Part shown: positions 19,457-27,988 of the stretch, one piece after another
How the letters are laid out: every line of letters starts with the position of its first letter
Numbering within the stretch: the stretch's first letter is position 1
Assembly (NCBI GenBank): GCA_937899905.1
Contig: CALCCF010000031.1
Span: 3,612-67,611, forward strand
Source: an uncultured Phycisphaeraceae bacterium
GTDB taxonomy: Bacteria; Planctomycetota; Phycisphaerae; Phycisphaerales; UBA1924
Direction of reading: 5' to 3'
Length of the DNA stretch: 64,000 nucleotides
The notes under the pieces: generated by a model
Databases searched by the model: none
Seen by the model: only the letters and a program-made list of their open reading frames with translations
What the model was told of the DNA's origin: nothing
Program-made: the position numbers and the translations under genes

Positions 19457-19806
19457 CGAGCCGCCAACAAGAAAGCAGTCCGCTCGGGGCCGCTTTCGTC
19501 TCGCTTGGGCTGCCTTCTAAGGCGTCCTTGTTCTTGTCCCCGAGTTCCGCGCTTTGCGGTAGATGACTATGGATGCAACTGGTGATGTAGACAACTCCGC
19601 AGGTTCCAATCGAATTTGACAACCTGGTCCGAACCGCGTCAGGATTGACGCGTATGGTTCCGCGCGGCCGGGTGTGGCCTGAAGTTATCCCGTTCATCTC
19701 CTCGGGTCTCGACCATGTGCTCAAGCCGTCCCTGGCCGCGGACGGACTGTGGCATCGCGGCTGGCGATGCTGCGGTTGTCATGTTTTAATCCGAGGAGAT
19801 AAAGCA

Positions 19807-21126
19807 ATGAACACAAGCCCATTAGCGCGCGTCCCGCTTTCCGCGGCCTTGCTCTTTGTCGCGAGCGCCGGTGCCCAGGATTGTGCCTGGGAGAACTTGG
19901 GCCCCCAACCCGCGAGTGTATTCTCCGATCCGCCACGCATGGTGGCCTTTGATGACGGTGATGGCCTCGCCGTCTTCATTGGTGGTGAATTGGTCACAGC
20001 GGACTCCCAACGGCTCGCTGGGGTATCTCGATTTGACGGTGAACGGTTCACAAGCGTTGGGCAGTTCGACCCCGATGCGCTGATCACTGACATGGGTGTT
20101 TTCGATCTCGGACAAGGGCCGCGACTAATCGTGAGCGCGCTTGTTGTCGGCGGTGGCTCCCAGGTGTTTCTTCTTGAGGGTGAGGAGTGGTTGCTTGTTG
20201 GCCCACAGCTCCGTGGAAGGATCAACGCCCTCGCTGTGCTAGATCATGGTGCCGGGCCAGTGCTGTACGCGGCCGGAGACATCACCTTCTCCCTCGAAGG
20301 CCGGATCGTTCGAGGCATAGTCCAACTGATAGATGACCAATGGAGAGGTCTTCCCTCGGTCGGGGCGGGTGGGGTGTTCGGCCAGGTCATCGACATGGTC
20401 GTCTTCGATGACGGGAGTGGCCCTGCTGTCTATCTTGCCGGAGACGAAGTGACCGTTCTGGGATCTGGAGGCGAACGGGGTGTTGCGCGTTGGGATGGCG
20501 TCGTGCTCAGTAGCGTCGAGGGTGGCCCGATAGGTGGCGAAGTGCGCGATCTGCTCGTGTTCGACGACGGGCACGGTGAGGCCTTGTACTTGGGCGGGTT
20601 CTTTGACTTCCCAGTGATAAGGGACCCTTTGAGCGTGGCGAGTTGGGATGGAGAGCAGTGGTCCATACTCGGTGGTGAATTCGAGAACGAAGTGTTCACG
20701 CTTGCCGGCTTCGACTTCGGTCTGGGGCCAACGTTGTTCGCGGGCAGTTTTGGGGAGTTCGATGATCCAAGGACCGAGTTCATCGGACAGTGGAATGGGG
20801 TGTCCTGGGTGCCCCTTCCCCAGCGACTGAACGGTGGGGTCTCGATTTTGCTGGGAGTGTCGGGGCCGGGCATCGGGGGGCTCTACGCACTCGGTGGTTT
20901 CGATTTCGAGCCCGGCCGCCCACGGAACGGGCTAGGACGAGTTGCGGATTGCGAACTGTGCGAGACCGATCTTGATCAAGATGGAGAGTCGACTGTTTTT
21001 GACTTTCTGGCGTTCGTGGGGCTCTATGAAGTTGGTAGCCCTCGGGCCGACTTTGATGGAGACGGCGTGTTGACTACGTTCGATCTCGTTGCGTTTGGCG
21101 ACGAGTTTGACGCTGGCTGCCCGTAA
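19807..21126 (+). CDS. Secreted repeat (propeller-like) protein with a C-terminal dockerin-like GC module; shorter paralogue of 14078-16528
   Basis: The ATG at 19807 is preceded by GAGGAG. The signal peptide is MNTSPLARVPLSAALLFVASAGAQ. The repeats are of the same type (FDDGDGLAVFIGG..., VSRFDGERFTSVG, VARWDGVVLSSVEGG, VASWDGEQWSILGG, IGQWNGVSWVPL). The protein ends ...DFDGDGVLTTFDLVAFGDEFDAGCP. Confidence 0.75.
   Translation: MNTSPLARVPLSAALLFVASAGAQDCAWENLGPQPASVFSDPPRMVAFDDGDGLAVFIGGELVTADSQRLAGVSRFDGERFTSVGQFDPDALITDMGVFDLGQGPRLIVSALVVGGGSQVFLLEGEEWLLVGPQLRGRINALAVLDHGAGPVLYAAGDITFSLEGRIVRGIVQLIDDQWRGLPSVGAGGVFGQVIDMVVFDDGSGPAVYLAGDEVTVLGSGGERGVARWDGVVLSSVEGGPIGGEVRDLLVFDDGHGEALYLGGFFDFPVIRDPLSVASWDGEQWSILGGEFENEVFTLAGFDFGLGPTLFAGSFGEFDDPRTEFIGQWNGVSWVPLPQRLNGGVSILLGVSGPGIGGLYALGGFDFEPGRPRNGLGRVADCELCETDLDQDGESTVFDFLAFVGLYEVGSPRADFDGDGVLTTFDLVAFGDEFDAGCP
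20950..21123 (+). repeat. Dockerin-like GC module (divergent copy)
   Basis: CELCETDLDQDGESTVFDFLAFVGLYEVGSPRADFDGDGVLTTFDLVAFGDEFDAGCP. Confidence 0.65.
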
Positions 21127-21194
21127 GCACAACATGATCGTGGCTTAATTAGCCTCGAGTGCGACATCCAATCGTGCCGTGTCCGCGCAAAGAG

Positions 21195-21219
21195 AAAGCG
21201 GCCCTCACGGGGCCGCTTT
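21195..21219. terminator. Bidirectional hairpin terminator between the dockerin-protein gene and dnaK
   Basis: AAAGCGGCCC-tcac-GGGGCCGCTTT forms a 10-bp stem with A/T runs on both sides. Confidence 0.7.
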
Positions 21220-21246
21220 GGTCTCTCTCGATCCGGTGGCTGAGGC

Positions 21247-23157
21247 TTACTTGTCCTCGTCCTTCACCTTGAACTCCGCATCGATCACATCGTCATCGTT
21301 CTCGGCGGCGTCCTTCGGCTCGGCCTGGCTCGCGGCGCCGGCGGCTCCCGCGTCGGCCCCTTGGGCTTCGTAGATCGCCTTGCCCAGCTCCATGGCGGTG
21401 GTCTCCAGCTGCTTGCTGGCGGCCTCGATGGCGTCCTTGTCGTCGCCCTTGAGCTTCTCTTCGAGGTTGCTGATGGCGCTCTCAATGTTTCCGCGGATGT
21501 CGCCGCTCACCTTGTCGCCGTGCTCTTCGAGCTGCTGGCGGATCTGGTGGACCATCTGGTCGCCGCGGTTCTTGGTTTCCACGAGCTCGCGGCGCTTCTG
21601 GTCTTCCTCGGCGTGGGCCTCGGCGTCGCGCTTCATCTTGTCGATCTCGTCCTCGGACAGGCCGCCCGAGTTGGTGATCTTGATGTCGGCCGACTTGCCG
21701 GTCTTCTTCTCGGTCGCGGTGACCTGCAGGATGCCGTTGGCGTCGATGTTGAACTCAACTTCGATCTGCGGCATGCCGCGCGGCGCGGGCGGGATGCCCT
21801 CGAGGTCGAACTGCCCGAGCAGGCGGTTGTCGGCGGCCATCTTCCGCTCGCCCTGGGAGACCTTGATGGTCACGCTGGGCTGGTTGTCGGCGGCTGTCGA
21901 GAACGTCTCGCTCTTCTTCGTGGGGATGGTCGTGTTGCGCTCGATGAGCGTGGTCATGACGCCGCCCATGGTCTCGACACCCAGGCTCAGCGGCGTGACG
22001 TCGAGCAGGAGCACGTCCTTGACGTCGCCCTTGAGCACGCCGCCCTGGACGGCCGCGCCGATGGCGACGACCTCGTCGGGGTTCACGCTCTTGTTGGGCT
22101 CCTTGCCGAAGATCTCCTTGGCGATCTCCTGGACCTTGGGCATGCGCGTACTGCCGCCGACCAGCACGATCTCGTCGATCTTGCTGGCGTCGAGCTTCGC
22201 GTCCTTGAGCGCGGCAAGACACGGCTCACGCAGGCGCTGGTACAGGTCCTGGCACAGGCTCTCGAACTTGCTCCGCGTGAGCGAGATCTGCAGGTGCTTG
22301 GGGCCGGTGTCGGTCGCCGTGATGAACGGGAGGTTGATCGACGTCTCTTGCATAGTCGAGAGCTCGACCTTGGCCTTCTCGGCGGCTTCTTTCAGGCGCT
22401 GCAGGGCCATCGCGTCATCGCGGATATCGACGCCTTCCTGACGCTTGAACTCGTCGGCCTGGATGTCGTGCAGCCGCTTGTCCCAGGCGTCGCCGCCGAG
22501 CTGGGTATCGCCGGTGGTGCTGAGCACCTCGAACACGCCGTCGGCGACATCGAGGATCGAGATATCGAACGTGCCGCCGCCCAGGTCGAACACGGCGACC
22601 TTCTCGTTCTTCTTGCTCTCAAGGCCGTACGCGAGCGCGGCGGCAGTGGGCTCGTTGATGATGCGCTTGACGGTGAGGCCCGCGATCTCGCCGGCGTCCT
22701 TGGTCGCCTGCCGCTGGCTGTCGTTGAAGTACGCCGGCACGGTGATGACCGCTTCGGTCACCGGCTCGCCCAGGTAGTCCTCGGCGACCTTCTTGAGCTC
22801 TTGGAGGATGAACGCGGAGATCTGCTGGGGCGTGTAGCTCTCGCCGCGAACGGTGACGCTCACGAACTCGTCGCTGCCGCCGCTGACCTCATAGGGGACG
22901 TTCTTCTCTTCGGAGGCGACCTCGCTGTGGCGGCGGCCCATGAAGCGCTTGATCGAGTAGACGGTGTTCTTGGGGTTGGTGACCTGCTGGTGCTTGGCCT
23001 GCTGGCCCACCAGGCGCTCGCCCTTGTCGGTGAACGCGACGACCGAGGGGGTCGTGCGGTTGCCCGAGGCGTTGATGAGCACCTTGGCCTCGCTGCCTTC
23101 CATGACGGCGACCACGGAGTTGGTCGTGCCGAGGTCGATGCCGATGATCTTGGACAT
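21247..23157 (-). CDS. dnaK: Molecular chaperone DnaK (Hsp70)
   Basis: [33 protein letters not shown] and [14 protein letters not shown] are present, in a full-length 636-aa protein. Confidence 0.97.
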   Translation of the reverse strand: MSKIIGIDLGTTNSVVAVMEGSEAKVLINASGNRTTPSVVAFTDKGERLVGQQAKHQQVTNPKNTVYSIKRFMGRRHSEVASEEKNVPYEVSGGSDEFVSVTVRGESYTPQQISAFILQELKKVAEDYLGEPVTEAVITVPAYFNDSQRQATKDAGEIAGLTVKRIINEPTAAALAYGLESKKNEKVAVFDLGGGTFDISILDVADGVFEVLSTTGDTQLGGDAWDKRLHDIQADEFKRQEGVDIRDDAMALQRLKEAAEKAKVELSTMQETSINLPFITATDTGPKHLQISLTRSKFESLCQDLYQRLREPCLAALKDAKLDASKIDEIVLVGGSTRMPKVQEIAKEIFGKEPNKSVNPDEVVAIGAAVQGGVLKGDVKDVLLLDVTPLSLGVETMGGVMTTLIERNTTIPTKKSETFSTAADNQPSVTIKVSQGERKMAADNRLLGQFDLEGIPPAPRGMPQIEVEFNIDANGILQVTATEKKTGKSADIKITNSGGLSEDEIDKMKRDAEAHAEEDQKRRELVETKNRGDQMVHQIRQQLEEHGDKVSGDIRGNIESAISNLEEKLKGDDKDAIEAASKQLETTAMELGKAIYEAQGADAGAAGAASQAEPKDAAENDDDVIDAEFKVKDEDK

Positions 23158-23344
23158 AGTGGCCTCCCTTCAAGCCAAGGAACGGGCGGAGAGAGCCCGC
23201 CAGATTCCACGTTGCAAGCGCAATGCCAATGGCAACGGCGCAAACTGGGCGGAGCCCGGCTAGCTCTCAGGCCCAGGAATGCGGGCCCTATCGCCTCAGG
23301 GCACGAGCCATCGATGCGGGCCCTGCCGAAGTGGCAGGCAACGC

Positions 23345-24781
23345 CTACGGCCCGCCCGTGCTCGCGGGCGCTTTGCCATCGGCGGCGGTCCAGGGCCCCG
23401 TGCCGCTCGCCATCGTGTTCAGGTCCGGGAGTGGCGCCAGCCCCGCGGCGGCTCGCTTGGTATTCTCGGTCACGGTCCAGAACGCCGGCAAGGCCGAGCT
23501 GGAGCTCCAGCCGCTCATTTGGATCGTGTACCACGTGCCTCCGGGAGTCGAGGGCACGACGACCATCAACGCGAGCTGCGGGTCGTCGCCGGACTTGATG
23601 CCGTGGTGCGTGAAGATGAGCCGCCCCACGCGATGCGCGGTCACGTCTGCAGGCCAGGTCGCGGTGATCGCCGCGATCGCCGAGTCTCGTGCGAAGCGAT
23701 CCATCTGCTCGAGCGAGTTGGCGGTGTGCGGACCGATTGCCACGTCCGGACTTGAGGCCTCGGCAAAAACCTGGTGCGTGACGCCCGCCGATGGATCGAG
23801 CAGGATCGCGCCATGCGTTGGCGGCGCGCCGTAGTGCACCCTTTGTCGCAACTCGTCGACCACCGCGACTACGCCCGGGTTCAGACCGCTGCCTTGCGCC
23901 CAGCCCGGCGGAGGCACCGGGCTTGAAAACGAACCCGCCGCCGCAGCACCGACGAAGAACGACGCGTAGAGCCCAACGACGCCGAGCACCGTCAGCCCCG
24001 GGAACGCGAGTGTGGCCAGAGCTACCGGCCACGCCTTGGCACCATGCGCGGCCTTGACCGCGAATGGGGCGCACACAGACCATGCGGCAAAGCCAAGGAA
24101 GAACCCAAAACAGGGCACCAGCGAGAGCAAGTACCCGCCGCTCGAGAACGCGAGCGCCTGATACGTCCGCGGGATTCCCTCGGGTGTCGACTGGCGAAAC
24201 AGCTTCAGCAGGCCGTGCGTGCAGACTACCCATAGGAGCATGTACGCCGCGGGGAGAAGGAGGCTCACCACCGAAAGGAACACCATCGGCCCCAGGCCGC
24301 CACCTGTGAACGCCAAGACCACGGCAAGCGCAAGCGTGAGCAAGCCCGCGACCACGAAGTTCAGTAGCGCGAAGGTCGTCGCGGGGCCAACGCTGCCGAT
24401 CGCGGGTGTCGCCTCGAGCATCTTGCCCGGCTGACCGATGCTCATACCCAGGGCGGAAAAGTACTTGCGATTAGTGCTCCGAGATTCGTCCAGCCAGGGG
24501 TTCATCGCCCGCGTAGGCGCCCGCGAACCGAGCGCGTCGGCGGGCAGCAGCAGCATGTCGTCGACCTTGACATGCAGGCCGCACGACACGCAATCAAACT
24601 CATCGGGTACGAGCTGGCCGTTCTCGCTGGTGCCGTAGTAGGGCTGCGTGCAGCGCGGGCAGCAGAACTTCACCGCGTTGGGCAGGAAGTCGAACTTGCT
24701 GGGCTTGAACGGCCGGCCACACTCCGGGCACGGGCCGGCCTTGAGGTTCCACAGCTCGTAGTCACACCCCGGGCACTTCAT
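23345..24781 (-). CDS. Membrane protein with an N-terminal double zinc ribbon and a Yip1-like multi-TM core
   Basis: The N-terminus MKCPGCDYELWNLKAGPCPECGRPF...FCCPRCTQPYYG...FDCVSCGLHV has two CxxC...CxxC pairs. About 5 predicted TM helices follow, then a ~190-aa C-terminal domain of unknown function. Confidence 0.6.
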   Translation of the reverse strand: MKCPGCDYELWNLKAGPCPECGRPFKPSKFDFLPNAVKFCCPRCTQPYYGTSENGQLVPDEFDCVSCGLHVKVDDMLLLPADALGSRAPTRAMNPWLDESRSTNRKYFSALGMSIGQPGKMLEATPAIGSVGPATTFALLNFVVAGLLTLALAVVLAFTGGGLGPMVFLSVVSLLLPAAYMLLWVVCTHGLLKLFRQSTPEGIPRTYQALAFSSGGYLLSLVPCFGFFLGFAAWSVCAPFAVKAAHGAKAWPVALATLAFPGLTVLGVVGLYASFFVGAAAAGSFSSPVPPPGWAQGSGLNPGVVAVVDELRQRVHYGAPPTHGAILLDPSAGVTHQVFAEASSPDVAIGPHTANSLEQMDRFARDSAIAAITATWPADVTAHRVGRLIFTHHGIKSGDDPQLALMVVVPSTPGGTWYTIQMSGWSSSSALPAFWTVTENTKRAAAGLAPLPDLNTMASGTGPWTAADGKAPASTGGP

Positions 24782-24784
24782 GGC

Positions 24785-25369
24785 TCAGGCAGCGCTCCAG
24801 GCCGAGACCTCCTCGCGGATTGATCGACGCGAGTACCAGATCAGCAAGAACATGGGCCACGCCATCGAGAACGCGATCGTGAGAAGCAGGACCACGGGCC
24901 CGATCGCTTGCATGAGTGCGGCGTAGCCGGGAGGCGCGCTGCCTTGCTGGGTTGCGACGGCTGCCTGGTGCTGCATCGTCAAGTACTGCAGGACCACACT
25001 GGGTACGAGCATCACGAGTACGTACACGAAGAAGATGCTCACCCACAGACGCGCGCTCGACCTTCGTCGGATCGTCTGGATGCCCGCCAAGAGGTGGATG
25101 AACGAGATCGGCAACCCGACGATCGACACGATGAGCGTGAAGAGCCAAAGGCCGGGCGGCAGTTGGGCCTCGGGAGGCAGCGGCAGCAAGTGGATCGTTG
25201 CGGCCGCGATCGTGCCAAACACGCGCTGCAAGATCCCCAGCCCCGCGAAGATGCATATCAGCACGCCGATGACGCCGGGCCAGCGGGACACACCGGCACC
25301 GATCTCGCCAGCGGGCATGACAGGCGGCGCGAGCTTGGGCACCTCGGGCGGATTCGACGGCTCTTCCAT
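24785..25369 (-). CDS. Hypothetical 4-TM membrane protein
   Basis: This 194-aa ORF has four hydrophobic stretches. Its stop lies 3 nt before the start of the zinc-ribbon membrane protein, so the two are likely co-transcribed. Confidence 0.5.
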   Translation of the reverse strand: MEEPSNPPEVPKLAPPVMPAGEIGAGVSRWPGVIGVLICIFAGLGILQRVFGTIAAATIHLLPLPPEAQLPPGLWLFTLIVSIVGLPISFIHLLAGIQTIRRRSSARLWVSIFFVYVLVMLVPSVVLQYLTMQHQAAVATQQGSAPPGYAALMQAIGPVVLLLTIAFSMAWPMFLLIWYSRRSIREEVSAWSAA

Positions 25370-25599
25370 GCGGACCTCCCACGTACGATGATCGCAAGGG
25401 TATCGCCGGGGGCCGAATCGGCCCTCAATGAGGCCGCAGGATCATCTCGTAGACCCTCTCTGCGGGGCACGACGTCCGAAAACTCCATCCGAGCCACGTC
25501 GCTCAAGCCAATGGCCGGCATGGTCGATCCGGTTTGGGAGCTTCAGTTTTCAGAAATCTTTGAAAATTGGGCCCTCCGAACGTATCATGGAGGATGACT

Positions 25600-26904
25600 A
25601 TGGCAACCGCCGAACCGCTAAACGCACCGGCCGGGATCGACCCTCGCCTCGACGCCATCCGCGCCAAGGTCGAGGCCGGCGAACGTCTCACGCTCGAAGA
25701 CGGCGAGGTCCTGTACGAGACCAACGACGTCTGGGGCGTGCTGGCGATGGCCGACCTCGTGCGCCGGCGGATGCACGGCGACACCGCTTACTACAACATC
25801 AACCGCCACATGAACTACAGCAACGTGTGTGCGCTGTCGTGCAAGTTCTGCGAGTTCTACCGCAAGAAGGACCAGCCCGGCGCGTACACACGCGACATGG
25901 ATTACATCCGCGATCAGGCGATCGGCGCGATCGAGAGCGGCGCGACCGAGATGCACATCGTCGGCGGGCTGCACCCGTACCTGCCTTGGGACTACTACCC
26001 CGAGATGATGCGGACCATCAAGGAGGCCGCACCCGGCTTGCACATCAAGGCGCTGACGGCGGTCGAGATCGTGCACCTCGCGAAGATCGCCAAGAAGTAC
26101 AAGCGCAGCGATCGGCAGGCGGGCATCCGCTGGGTCCTCAGCGAACTGAAGGCCGCGGGCCTCGACTCGCTGCCCGGCGGTGGGGCGGAGGTCTTCGACG
26201 ATCGCGTGCACGACAAGGCCTACAAGGGCAAAATCCGCAGCGACGAGTGGCTCGATGTCCACTTGGTCGCCCACGAACTCGGTTTGAACACCAACGCGAC
26301 CATCCTGTACGGCCACATCGACCAGCGGCGTGAGCGGCTCGTGCACATGGAGATCCTCCGCCGTGCGCAGGACCAGGCGCTGGCACGCCTCGGCTACGAC
26401 GGTGTCGATGGATTTGTCGAGCCCGGGCTCGCGGCGACCGAGGGCGTGACCGCACCCGTTATCACGCTCACGCGGGACGGCGTGCCCCAGCCGACACCCG
26501 ACATGGCCGAGAAGGAAGCCGGCTATTTCCAGACGATCATCCCGCTGCCGTTCTTCCCCGACGGCAGCGAGATGGAGCACCTCTATGGGCCGACCGGCCT
26601 GGAGAACCTGCGGACAATCGCCATTGCCCGCCTCATGCTCGACAACTTCCCGCACGTGAAGGCGTTCTGGATCATGCAGACTCTCAGCATGGCCGAGGTG
26701 ATGCTCGAGGCCGGCGCCGACGACATCGACGGCACCGTGGTCTGGTACGACATCACCAAAGTCGGTGGGTCGACGACCCACCAAGAGACCACTGTGCTCG
26801 ACCTCCAACGGTCCATCCGTGAGGCGGGCTTCACGCCGGTCGAGCGAGACACGCTGTACCGGCGGGTCGAGCGTGATGGCAAGGCGTGGCGGCTCGCCGA
26901 GTGA
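25600..26904 (+). CDS. Futalosine-pathway radical SAM enzyme, most like aminofutalosine synthase MqnE (MqnC not excluded)
   Basis: The ATG at 25600 lies 5 nt after GGAGGA. The radical SAM cluster is NYSNVCALSCKFCEFYRK. HIVGGLHP, LHIKALTAVEI and GLDSLPGGGAEVF are present. An insertion of about 45 aa appears before GYFQTIIPLPF. Confidence 0.65.
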   Translation: MATAEPLNAPAGIDPRLDAIRAKVEAGERLTLEDGEVLYETNDVWGVLAMADLVRRRMHGDTAYYNINRHMNYSNVCALSCKFCEFYRKKDQPGAYTRDMDYIRDQAIGAIESGATEMHIVGGLHPYLPWDYYPEMMRTIKEAAPGLHIKALTAVEIVHLAKIAKKYKRSDRQAGIRWVLSELKAAGLDSLPGGGAEVFDDRVHDKAYKGKIRSDEWLDVHLVAHELGLNTNATILYGHIDQRRERLVHMEILRRAQDQALARLGYDGVDGFVEPGLAATEGVTAPVITLTRDGVPQPTPDMAEKEAGYFQTIIPLPFFPDGSEMEHLYGPTGLENLRTIAIARLMLDNFPHVKAFWIMQTLSMAEVMLEAGADDIDGTVVWYDITKVGGSTTHQETTVLDLQRSIREAGFTPVERDTLYRRVERDGKAWRLAE

Positions 26905-27100
26905 ATGCGACCGCATAACGACTTGCCGAAAGCGAACCTCCGAACACCCACCCAGCCCATCATCAAGATTCGGTGAAGCTGGTGTTGGATCGCTCGATCG
27001 ACGCCATCGCCGGCGGCTAGGATTGCGCAAAGATTGCGCGTCGGTCAGTGTGGGCCGGTGTTCGATCGATGTGTTCCAACCCGTTCTGGGAGAGATGGTT

Positions 27101-27928
27101 ATGAAGATCGCTGCCACCTGCGTGGCCGTGGCCGCTGCCGCCACCGCCTTTGCTCCGTTCGCGCACGCCCAAGACGAGGTCGCCTACTGGTCGTTCAACA
27201 ACCAGGCGCTGCCCGGTGGCGGCTTCGGCTACCTTGCCGGTTCGTTCCCCTTCGCCGCCGAGTTCGGCGACCAGGCCGGCACCGCCACGCTCAACGTCAG
27301 CGGCGGCATCACCGACGAGATCAGCACCACCAGCGGTGGCGACGACGTCTTTCGTTGGATCCAGTCGTTCGGCGGCACCGATATCGGTGCCGAGTTCGGC
27401 GAGGGCAGCGGTGGGTCGCTGGCCGTCCAGGGCGGCACCGACACCCTGAACAACGGCAGCCAGATCACCGTCAGCTTTGACGGCACGGGCCTTGATGATC
27501 TCGAACTCTACTTCGCAGCCCGCCGCACCAGCACAGGCTTCGGCAGTGTCACCATCGAGTTGTTCGATGGCGATACGCTTGTTACGGAGATCGCCAGCGC
27601 GTTCGACGTTGGCCCAGACTTTGCTTTGCAGTTTTTCGCGATCGATGATCTGGATGGCGTCGAGGACGCGCGTGTCGTTGTCACGCTCGACGGCGCGACC
27701 AGCTCGAACGGCAACATCCGCACGGACAACTGGCTCATCGAAGGCGACCCCGCCACCGGCGGCTGCCGGGCCGACATCGACGGCGACGGCGAGCTGACGA
27801 TCTTCGACTTCCTCGAGTTCCAGAACCTCTTCGACGCCGGCGACCTCGCCGCCGACTTCGATGGCGACGGCAGCCTGACGCTGTTCGACTTCCTCGAATT
27901 CCAGAACGAGTTTGACGCCGGCTGCTGA
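27101..27928 (+). CDS. Small secreted protein (jelly-roll-like N-domain) with a C-terminal dockerin-like GC module
   Basis: I chose the internal ATG at 27101. The signal peptide is MKIAATCVAVAAAATAFAPFAHAQ. The protein ends CRADIDGDGELTIFDFLEFQNLFDAGDLAADFDGDGSLTLFDFLEFQNEFDAGC. Confidence 0.75.
   Translation: MKIAATCVAVAAAATAFAPFAHAQDEVAYWSFNNQALPGGGFGYLAGSFPFAAEFGDQAGTATLNVSGGITDEISTTSGGDDVFRWIQSFGGTDIGAEFGEGSGGSLAVQGGTDTLNNGSQITVSFDGTGLDDLELYFAARRTSTGFGSVTIELFDGDTLVTEIASAFDVGPDFALQFFAIDDLDGVEDARVVVTLDGATSSNGNIRTDNWLIEGDPATGGCRADIDGDGELTIFDFLEFQNLFDAGDLAADFDGDGSLTLFDFLEFQNEFDAGC
27764..27925 (+). repeat. Dockerin-like GC module
   Basis: CRADIDGDGELTIFDFLEFQNLFDAGDLAADFDGDGSLTLFDFLEFQNEFDAGC. 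Confidence 0.75.
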
Positions 27929-27953
27929 GCAGGCCGGTCTTTGTGGCAAGCTT

Positions 27954-27983
27954 GAACGGCCCCGCTTCGATGCGGGGCCGTTC
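27954..27983. terminator. Bidirectional hairpin terminator between convergent genes
   Basis: GAACGGCCCCGC-ttcgat-GCGGGGCCGTTC forms a perfect 12-bp stem. Confidence 0.65.
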
Positions 27984-27988
27984 TACTT

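Noticed and set aside
23158-23344. A search for a CIRCE (TTAGCACTC-N9-GAGTGCTAA) heat-shock operator upstream of dnaK.
   Set aside because: No match or near-match was seen in the gap.
21361-23598. A 745-aa plus-strand ORF.
   Set aside because: It is antisense to dnaK, whose identity is unambiguous. Its translation is low-complexity (LGDLV-rich). It is a shadow ORF.
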